Origin: Acidobacteriota bacterium
GTDB taxonomy: Bacteria > Acidobacteriota > UBA6911
Assembly: GCA_963664705.1 (NCBI GenBank)
Contig: OY761556.1
Span: 5,952,001 to 6,016,000, forward strand
Direction: 5' to 3'
Length of the DNA: 64,000 nucleotides
Position 1 is the first letter of the stretch. Each line of letters begins with the position of its first letter. The notes beneath the pieces were generated by a model. The model did no database searches. It was not told the origin of the DNA and saw only the letters and a program-made list of their open reading frames with translations. Made by a program: the position numbers and the translations under genes. This document shows positions 56,735 through 64,000 of this stretch, piece by piece.

Positions 56735-56782
56735 TTGACAAATATGCACTCCGATGATATTAATGTGATATCACTTTGATAA
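56735..56782 (+). promoter_or_regulatory. Sigma-70 promoter overlapped by three TGATA repeats (candidate operator)
   Basis: TTGACA at 56735, TATTAA(T) 17 nt later. TGATA at 56755, 56766 and 56777. Central palindrome GTGATATCAC. Confidence 0.55.
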
Positions 56783-56791
56783 CAGGAGACA

Positions 56792-57805
56792 ATGGACGTC
56801 ATGGAAAACGAAGAGGCTTTGTTGAACAGGGAACAGACCGTTCGTGTTCAGAATGGCTGGCTGATGCTTGTGCTGTTGATCGGGCTCTTGATTTGTGACG
56901 TGGCGCTTTTTGTGTATTCGATAGCTGAAGGTTCGGAGGTGCAGGGGCATCCCCTGATCCCGCTGTTTTTGGGGAGTATTGTAGGGCTGGCAGTCCTGAT
57001 TATCCTGTTGACGGGATTTTTCACGCTGCAGCCCAACGAAGCGCGCGTGCTGTTGTTGTTCGGGAAATATCGCGGCACGGTGAGGGAGAGCGGATTTCAC
57101 TGGGGCAACCCGTTCTACTCCAATGGGCAGAATATCAGCCAGGCGGGGGATCGCTCTCAGGTTGAAGCGCAACGCAAGCAGATCGGGCACGGGAGGACAA
57201 AAGTGACCTTTACGCGCAACAAGATATCTTTGCGTGCGCGGACCATCAATGTTGAGAAACTGAAGGTCAATGACAAGCGCGGCAACCCGATCGAGATTGG
57301 GGCCGTTATGGTCTGGAGAGTTCAGGATACGGCTCAGGCGGTCTTTGACGTCGATGACTATGAAAAATATGTGGAGACGCAGAGTGAGTCGGCGCTGAGG
57401 CATCTGGCCAGTGAGTATGCGTATGACCATGGGGAAGAGCATGAAAGCACTCTCCGAAGCAATGCCAACGAGGTTTCGGCGGCGTTGAGAAAAGAGCTCG
57501 AGGAGCGCTTGTCCAGGGCCGGAGTTGCGGTGGAGGAAGCTCGCTTGACCCACCTGGCGTATGCTCCGGAGATTGCGCAGGCGATGTTGCGGCGTCAGCA
57601 GGCGGAAGCGGTGATTGCGGCCAGGCAAAAAATTGTGCAGGGCGCGGTCAGCATGGTAGATATGGCGCTTCACGATTTGGCGGAGAAACAGGTGGTTGTG
57701 TTGGATGATGAACGGAAGGCCGCCATGGTCAGCAACCTGATGGTCGTGCTTTGCGGCGAATCCGAGGTTCATCCTGTTGTCAATGCCGGTACCCTGTATT
57801 CATGA
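56792..57805 (+). CDS. SPFH/band 7 domain membrane protein
   Basis: Two TM helices, [44 protein letters not shown]. Confidence 0.93.
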   Translation: MDVMENEEALLNREQTVRVQNGWLMLVLLIGLLICDVALFVYSIAEGSEVQGHPLIPLFLGSIVGLAVLIILLTGFFTLQPNEARVLLLFGKYRGTVRESGFHWGNPFYSNGQNISQAGDRSQVEAQRKQIGHGRTKVTFTRNKISLRARTINVEKLKVNDKRGNPIEIGAVMVWRVQDTAQAVFDVDDYEKYVETQSESALRHLASEYAYDHGEEHESTLRSNANEVSAALRKELEERLSRAGVAVEEARLTHLAYAPEIAQAMLRRQQAEAVIAARQKIVQGAVSMVDMALHDLAEKQVVVLDDERKAAMVSNLMVVLCGESEVHPVVNAGTLYS

Positions 57806-57816
57806 TCCGGTGACTG

Positions 57817-58014
57817 ATGGATAGCAGAAAGTCATTCCTATTGCGAATTGATCCGGAGCTTTGGGCGGAGCTGGAAAGCTGGGCGGCCGCCGAGCTCCGG
57901 AGTGTCAACGGGCAGGTGGAATACCTGCTCCGGCAGGCAGTGGCGAAGCGAAAAGGTAGTTCGGCGCGAAAGCCCAAGGCTGACGGTTCACCGCATTCGG
58001 GCGGCCGGGAATAG
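57817..58014 (+). CDS. Arc-like ribbon-helix-helix DNA-binding protein
   Basis: [27 protein letters not shown], in the usual position after this SPFH subfamily. Confidence 0.85.
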   Translation: MDSRKSFLLRIDPELWAELESWAAAELRSVNGQVEYLLRQAVAKRKGSSARKPKADGSPHSGGRE

Positions 58015-58078
58015 CGACCGAAGTTTTTATTGCCGCGGGTTTCGGGAATATCGATATTGGCGCTATACTGGCCGGCAT

Positions 58079-58678
58079 ATGAAACGTCTTCAAATTCATC
58101 CGGTAAATCCGCAAAGCCGTTATCTGAAAAGTGCGGTCGATATCCTTGGCGACGGGGGACTCCTGATCTACCCGACCGACTCCGTATATGGGCTGGGGTG
58201 CGACCTTTTCAACAAGAGCGCTGTCGAGAAGATTTATCAGCAGAAGGGAAATGACAAGCGCAAGCTGCTGAGTTTCATCTGCCCTGATCTGAAGAACATC
58301 ACGGAATATGCCTACGTTTCCAATGCCGCCTACAAAGTGATGAGGCATCTTTTGCCGGGGCCCTATACCTTTATTCTGAACGCAACCAAACAGGTGCCCA
58401 AGATTCTTCTGGAGAAGCGCAAAACCGTTGGGATAAGGGTTCCGGACAACGTCGTATGCCAGGGCCTGCTCGCCGAATTCGGCCGGCCTGTCATCAGCAC
58501 AAGCGCCTGTTTGCCCAATCAGGAGTTCTTGAGCGATCCGGATGCGATTGCGGACACATTCGGGAGCATTGTGGATCTCTTCCTGGATTCGGGTCCGGGT
58601 GGCATGGAATTATCCACAGTGATCGATTTTACGCAGGGTGAGCCCGTAGTGGTGCGGCAGGGAAAAGGGAAGGTTTAG
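58079..58678 (+). CDS. Sua5/YciO/YrdC family protein (YciO-like)
   Basis: IHPVNPQ, YPTDSVYGLGC, LPGPYTFIL, VGIRVP, STSA, STVID. Confidence 0.9.
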   Translation: MKRLQIHPVNPQSRYLKSAVDILGDGGLLIYPTDSVYGLGCDLFNKSAVEKIYQQKGNDKRKLLSFICPDLKNITEYAYVSNAAYKVMRHLLPGPYTFILNATKQVPKILLEKRKTVGIRVPDNVVCQGLLAEFGRPVISTSACLPNQEFLSDPDAIADTFGSIVDLFLDSGPGGMELSTVIDFTQGEPVVVRQGKGKV

Positions 58679-59577
58679 TTGACGAACCCAATCAGCGTCA
58701 AAACGAGGAAAGCGGGTTCGTTGCTTTTGTCGACGACCCGGCGAACCGCAGTTCCGAATGCCCCGGCCTGTTGAAGAATGCTCCCTCCGTTGATAATTTT
58801 CAGGCTCTTCGGATTTCGAAGCAATTGAACGTTGATGTCCACTCGGGATATTCCGTTGCGGTAGAGCTCTTCGGCCGAGTTTGCCACGAGGCCCTTAAAT
58901 TCCCCAATGGACGCAGAAGGGTCAACCGTTAGCGCTGAATCCTGCGCCAGTCTTTCAAGCAACGCATCCGCAATTAGTGCTCCAGCCCCGTTTTTTCTCA
59001 GATCCTCGATTTGACTCTGCAGCGCTTCCTGGATTTCGGCAGGCTGGTGTTCTTCTCGCGGGCTTGCGAATACTTCCGTGATGAACAGTTCCCGCTCGTA
59101 AGGAGGTGCGCAATGGACAATCCCGATTCCAACTCGACTGACATCGATCGCAAGGATATTGTCGCGGTGGGCGGGACTCTGCATCAGGGCATTCTCAGCC
59201 CAGGTGAGTGATCTGGAGCTGGCAACATTTTCTCGCGCGGCTTTGTAGCGATAGCCGCCGATATTCATCCTGGTTTTGAGATCCCCGGCGGGCATTTCGT
59301 GACTGATGAATCCCTGGCGCGCCATTCCCGCGGATTGTTCACGCGCGATTTGGGTAAGCGCTTCATCGAAGACCAGCGGTACAAGTCCCTGCTGAATTCT
59401 CCTTTGGTTGGTCATGGTCAGCAGGGTGTCTTCCAGCCGCGCCGCGTCCTTCGAGGAAATCTGTGTGCTCCACGATCGCGGAACATCGGCGGCCATCGCG
59501 GTCATAGCACAGAATACGCAAAGCATTGCAATGGACAATGCTCGAAGGAGACAGTCGGAAGCCCACGTCTTTGGCAT
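58675..59577 (-). CDS. Secreted CAP (SCP-like) domain protein
   Basis: N..R...GL..L, SH, ENVA, M.SPAHRDNIL, GIGI..TEVF. Confidence 0.85.
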   Translation of the reverse strand: MPKTWASDCLLRALSIAMLCVFCAMTAMAADVPRSWSTQISSKDAARLEDTLLTMTNQRRIQQGLVPLVFDEALTQIAREQSAGMARQGFISHEMPAGDLKTRMNIGGYRYKAARENVASSRSLTWAENALMQSPAHRDNILAIDVSRVGIGIVHCAPPYERELFITEVFASPREEHQPAEIQEALQSQIEDLRKNGAGALIADALLERLAQDSALTVDPSASIGEFKGLVANSAEELYRNGISRVDINVQLLRNPKSLKIINGGSILQQAGAFGTAVRRVVDKSNEPAFLVLTLIGFVN

Positions 59578-59999
59578 GCGCCCTCTTTACTTATCTTGGT
59601 CAGGATCAATATCGCGGATTTTTGGGGGCACTTTGGTGATGGGCATCACCAAAGCAGAGGATTTCGGCAGAAACCAAGCCATTGCCGGTGGAGCAGGCAG
59701 CAATGGAAACGGAGGAGCCCCGTCATCGATCATATCTGCCAATACCGTGGAAAGCCTGTAAAAGGAGGCGTTTGTAACTTAATGCGGCTGTTTCAGGCAA
59801 AATGGTGGCTTTGCGCCATTCCGATGGCGAAGGCAGCTAAACTTGCAAATCTTAATGAATTCCGGTGAAGATAAGGGCACTTAATGCCGAAGAATCTTTT
59901 GGAAGTGTGATAATATGAAAGCTCTAAGGAAAAAAGCGTGACTCCGCAAAGTCGGTCTCATGCCCGCGAGCTCTCAACAACGATCAGGGGTAAGAGTCC

Positions 60000-60791
60000 G
60001 TGTACATTCGTAAGCGTGTTCGCAGAAAAAGCTTCCTGAGAAGGCATCGGGTACTGATACTAATTCTGCTGGGTGTTGGTTCTGCTCTTGGAGCTTTCGT
60101 CGCGACACGATATCTGCGCACTCCCCCGGAACAAGTTGTCTTTTCTCCCCCCAGTTTTTCGGATTCCGCGGTCCAGCAGAGCCGGCAATTTCGACCTTCG
60201 AAGAACCCGCGATATGTGTATCCCTATTCGGTGATTCCCGGTGGCGTACAAAGCCGCGAGGAACTGACCAGCATTATCGCGAACGATCCGGTTGTTGCTG
60301 AGCATTACGCCAAGTTTATGGTAAGTCAGGCAAGGATAATCAGTACCAACGAAACCCAGTTTGTGCACGTGGCTTACCGACTTAAGAACAAGGTCTATTG
60401 GACTTCAAAGACGGTAAAGATTCCCAAGGGCGAAACCCTGATCACGGATGGAACCGCAACCGCACGCACGCGCTGTGGAAACATGGTTTCCGCAGTCCCC
60501 CTCGAGCCGGTTGCCGAGGAAGAGCCGTCGGTGGAAACATTCGACGTTACGGTGCTCGAGAGGATTGATGTTCCCGATCTGGAGACTCCGGCGCTGGACA
60601 TGCAGTTTAGTGAGGTTCCGACACTGAAGCCGTACCTTCCCGTGCAGCGGCCCACCATTCTTCCTTACTATTACCGCCCGCTTTTTGTAGTGCGCCCCAG
60701 CACCACAGAGGTCCCGGAACCTGCCACTTTCAGTCTGCTTGCGATCGGGCTGGCGGGGCTTGCCACCTATAGATTTATGCGAAGAAAGTAG
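60000..60791 (+). CDS. PEP-CTERM protein with an N-terminal membrane anchor
   Basis: Basic N-terminus plus TM, VYPYSVIPGGV..YWT..GETLITDG..RTRCGN, C-terminal VPEPATFSLLAIGLAGL..RRK. GTG start uncertain. Confidence 0.8.
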   Translation: MYIRKRVRRKSFLRRHRVLILILLGVGSALGAFVATRYLRTPPEQVVFSPPSFSDSAVQQSRQFRPSKNPRYVYPYSVIPGGVQSREELTSIIANDPVVAEHYAKFMVSQARIISTNETQFVHVAYRLKNKVYWTSKTVKIPKGETLITDGTATARTRCGNMVSAVPLEPVAEEEPSVETFDVTVLERIDVPDLETPALDMQFSEVPTLKPYLPVQRPTILPYYYRPLFVVRPSTTEVPEPATFSLLAIGLAGLATYRFMRRK

Positions 60792-60915
60792 CCTTCCTCC
60801 TCACGGTTTCGCTTCTCTCTCCTCGTCATGAAATTTGACTTACAAAATGGAAGGCCGCGTTGTATATGTTTTGGGTCTTTCCTTAACAAATTTTGTATGC
60901 AAATGGGGAGGGTAT

Positions 60916-61656
60916 ATGAAAGTGCGGACGGCTGTTTTACTCCTGGCAATGCTGGCGGCCGGGATCCCTGCATTGGCGCAAGGCCAGGCACAGGCTCCGG
61001 TGAAAGCATTGACAGGGAACTTTGGTATCGGGTTTGCCCTGACGGGAGGGAACACGGATACGAAGAGCTTTAACTTATCCTACGAAGCAACGCATGATCC
61101 CAAAACCAAAAACGTAATCAAATCCAGGGGGCTTTACCTGCGATCCAGCTCGAAAGATGAATTGACTGCGGATTCGCTTCGACTCGACTTCCGGGATGAC
61201 TATGCGTTTGCGAAACGCGTGACATTGTATGGTGCCATGGGATATTTGCGAGATCCTTTCAAGAGCATCAGCTACCTGCTCAATCCCCAGGGTGGAATCG
61301 GCTTCAAAGCCTATACTTCCGATAGAGCCACTTTTGCTCTGAGCGGCGGCGCGGGTGGTGTTTGGGAGAAAGACGAGGGTTTGGATGTGCGGTCCAGCGG
61401 GACCCTGAATGCCGGCCAGAGTTTTTCCTGCAAGATCTCGAATACCGCGAAGCTGACGCAGAACCTGACGGGAATGTGGAAGACGAAGGAGTTTGCGGAT
61501 GCCCTGTACCACTTCGATATTGCCCTTGTGGCCACGGTTGTAAAGAAGGTGGACGTCAAACTTGAATTCATGGACGAGTATAAAAACAGAACTCCGTTGG
61601 TCACGATCAAGAAAAACGATACCGCGTTTATCACCAGTCTGCTTTACAAATTCTAA
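60916..61656 (+). CDS. DUF481 outer-membrane beta-barrel protein
   Basis: Signal peptide, G....GNT, RDPF, alternating beta-strands, C-terminal YKF. Confidence 0.82.
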   Translation: MKVRTAVLLLAMLAAGIPALAQGQAQAPVKALTGNFGIGFALTGGNTDTKSFNLSYEATHDPKTKNVIKSRGLYLRSSSKDELTADSLRLDFRDDYAFAKRVTLYGAMGYLRDPFKSISYLLNPQGGIGFKAYTSDRATFALSGGAGGVWEKDEGLDVRSSGTLNAGQSFSCKISNTAKLTQNLTGMWKTKEFADALYHFDIALVATVVKKVDVKLEFMDEYKNRTPLVTIKKNDTAFITSLLYKF

Positions 61657-61744
61657 GCTATCGGAGCAGCCATTCTGCGAATGATCACGGACGGATTTGC
61701 CCGTGATCATTCGCTCCTCGCGGAATGGTCACTGCCGCTGCCGG

Positions 61745-62488
61745 CTACCGCCTGGCTGCCTGGGCTTTGGCTTTCGACGTTCCCTCTGCAGTGGCCGGTT
61801 CGCCAAAGACGGCCTGATAGGTTAGTCCGGCCAGGGCAGCTCCCAGAAGAGGTGCAATCCAGAATAACCACAATTGATGAATCGCCCAGCCGCCGACAAA
61901 CAAGGCGGGTCCTGTGCTGCGCGCCGGATTGACCGAGGTATTGGTGATCGGTATCCCGATCAGGTGAATCAAAGTCAGTCCCAGGCCGATCGCAATCGGG
62001 GCAAAGCCCTGGGGCGCACGCTTATCCGTTGAACCGAGAATAATCAGCAGGAACATGAAAGTGAGGACTACCTCGGCAATCAGGCATGCCATCAGGGAGT
62101 AGCCTCCCGGGGAATGGTCCGCATATCCGTTGGATGCGAATCCTCCCGCAAGGGTGAATCCGGTTTTGCCGCTTGCGATGGCAAATAAAACGCCGGCGGC
62201 TATTACAGCTCCAATGATTTGAGCCGCGCAATAGGCCGGTAATTCAGATGCCGGGAATCTCCTGCCAGCCGCCAATCCAACGGAAACCGCCGGATTGAGA
62301 TGACAGCCGGAAATGTGTCCTATCGCATAGGCCATGGTCAAGACAGTCAGTCCAAAGGCAAGTGAAACTCCAGCAAAGCCGATACCCAGCTGGGGGTAAG
62401 CTGCTGCCAGCACGGCACTTCCGCAACCGCCAAAGACAAGCCAGAAAGTCCCAATACATTCTGCACAAGCTCTTTTTGCAAGTGACAT
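61745..62488 (-). CDS. aqpZ: Aquaporin Z
   Basis: [43 protein letters not shown]. Confidence 0.96.
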   Translation of the reverse strand: MSLAKRACAECIGTFWLVFGGCGSAVLAAAYPQLGIGFAGVSLAFGLTVLTMAYAIGHISGCHLNPAVSVGLAAGRRFPASELPAYCAAQIIGAVIAAGVLFAIASGKTGFTLAGGFASNGYADHSPGGYSLMACLIAEVVLTFMFLLIILGSTDKRAPQGFAPIAIGLGLTLIHLIGIPITNTSVNPARSTGPALFVGGWAIHQLWLFWIAPLLGAALAGLTYQAVFGEPATAEGTSKAKAQAARR

Positions 62489-62644
62489 ATGGAATCTCCC
62501 AGAAGTTTTGCCCTGAACACACAATTGGGGTTGAATCCCCCGAAAAATCATATTTGGGAGTCTGACCCCGATTTTCACGATTTTCAAGAGTCGTGATATC
62601 CTCATAGGCGGGTTTAAGTCGCCAAACCTTGGAGAGTATTAGGT

Positions 62645-64000
62645 ATGTCTATCCCGAGTTGTTATGCGGGTAAAATCCTGCTTGTCAATTTAACTGATGG
62701 AAAGCTGAGTGAAGAGGTCCCCGACGAGAGGATCTACCGGGAGTTTGTCGGAGGCAATGGGTTGGGGGTCCGGATCCTTTATGAAAGGATAAAGCCGGGG
62801 ACTGACGCATTGGGTCCCGATAACATTCTGGGATTCGTTGCCGGCAGCTTGACGGGAACAAAGGCACCGGGGAGCGGTCGGCATATGCTGGTCACAAAAT
62901 CTCCTCTCACCGGAACCTGGGCCGAGTCCAATTCCGGAGGAACGTTCGGTCCGGAACTGAAGACTGCCGGCTATGACGCCGTGTTGTTTTATGGCATTTC
63001 TCCGCGTCCCGTGTACCTGCTGATTCGGGATGGCAAAGCCGAATTGAAGGATGCTTCTCATCTTTGGGGACGGGATGCCTACGAAACGCAGGATCTTCTG
63101 CTGCAGGCATTCAACGATCCGAGAATGAAAATTTCGTGCATTGGCCCGGCGGGGGAAGCCGTTTCGCTGCTGGCCGGCGTTGTCAGCGAACGGGGCAGGA
63201 TGGCCGCACGGAATGGCGTGGGTGCCGTGATGGGTTCCAAAAGACTGAAGGCCGTTGCCGTCTCCGGCGGGTATCATGAGATCGTGCCGGCAAACCCGCA
63301 GAAGTTCAATGTCGCCTTTGGACAATTCCTTGCCATCATTCAAAACAACGAGTATGCAAAGGAACTTGCTGCTTCCGGGACCGGCAGCAATATCAGTTTT
63401 CTGGTCTCGATCGGAGATGTCCCGCTAAAGAACTGGCAATTGAGTGGCCTGGACGCCCTCCCCTCCGTCACCAACCTGGATGGCGGCAATATGAACAAAT
63501 ACAAGGTGGGCAATTTCGGATGCTATGCCTGCCCGATCAGTTGTGGCGGCATTATCCGTCAGGAGGCGGGGCCATTTGCCATAAAAGACCAGATGCACCG
63601 GCCGGAGCAGCAAACGCTGGCAGCCTTGGGCGGCATGTTGATGAACGACAATCTCGAGGCGGTCATTAAGGCAAATGATATATGCAATCGATACGGCATC
63701 GACACGATGGGAGTTGGCGGCTGCATTGCGATGGCGATGGAGTGCTACGAACGGGGTCTGATCAGCCGAGAAGAGACTGACGGCATCGACTTGACCTGGG
63801 GAAATGCCGAGGCCATTGTCGCGATGGTGGAGAAGATAGCCAAACGCGAGGGGTTTGGCGCCGTCCTGGCGGACGGATCGGGAAAGGCTGCAGAGAGGAT
63901 CGGAAGAGGATCCGAAAAATATGCCGTGGCTATTCGTGGCAAGAGCCTGGCCTTCCATGATCCGCGCATGTCCCCATCTCTGGGGACTGCCAATATTGCC
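62645..64000 (+). CDS. Tungsten-type aldehyde:ferredoxin oxidoreductase family protein (runs off the window end; absent from the ORF track)
   Basis: Read by hand from ATG 62645: MSIPSCYAGKILLVNLT..FVGGNGLG..KSPLTG..SNSGG..IGPAGE..GAVMGSKRLKA..CYACPISC..GIDT..HDPR. Confidence 0.92.
   Translation, partial: MSIPSCYAGKILLVNLTDGKLSEEVPDERIYREFVGGNGLGVRILYERIKPGTDALGPDNILGFVAGSLTGTKAPGSGRHMLVTKSPLTGTWAESNSGGTFGPELKTAGYDAVLFYGISPRPVYLLIRDGKAELKDASHLWGRDAYETQDLLLQAFNDPRMKISCIGPAGEAVSLLAGVVSERGRMAARNGVGAVMGSKRLKAVAVSGGYHEIVPANPQKFNVAFGQFLAIIQNNEYAKELAASGTGSNISFLVSIGDVPLKNWQLSGLDALPSVTNLDGGNMNKYKVGNFGCYACPISCGGIIRQEAGPFAIKDQMHRPEQQTLAALGGMLMNDNLEAVIKANDICNRYGIDTMGVGGCIAMAMECYERGLISREETDGIDLTWGNAEAIVAMVEKIAKREGFGAVLADGSGKAAERIGRGSEKYAVAIRGKSLAFHDPRMSPSLGTANIA

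Overview
A 64-kb stretch of a bacterial chromosome of roughly 55% GC (estimated by eye). The gene content (PEP-CTERM proteins, TonB_C and FecR proteins, PAS hybrid kinases, tungsten AOR, a multiheme cytochrome) suggests an anaerobic or facultative diderm, possibly Acidobacteriota; this is an inference. The standout is a RiPP locus at the left edge (4-3964). It has a bacteriocin-transport-associated cNMP-binding protein, a 53-aa double-glycine precursor with core IEIIRNVTCRITRR (NxxC motif), a radical SAM enzyme with a Cys-containing C-terminal domain, and a translationally coupled B12-dependent RiPP radical SAM C-methyltransferase with an unusual Cx15Cx2C motif. A Tat-exported PaoABC-like molybdoenzyme has a classical C2H2 zinc finger in its Fe-S subunit. 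Its two paralogous large subunits both have His where the family's catalytic Glu is expected. Also present: two sensor kinases sharing a Cys-rich GAF domain, a GT4/TIM-barrel/radical SAM operon bracketed by 94-bp repeat plus REP composites, a frameshifted GNAT gene, and an AOR gene that runs off the right edge and is missing from the ORF track. I saw no rRNA, tRNA, CRISPR array or transposase. All family calls come from motif recognition, not database searches.
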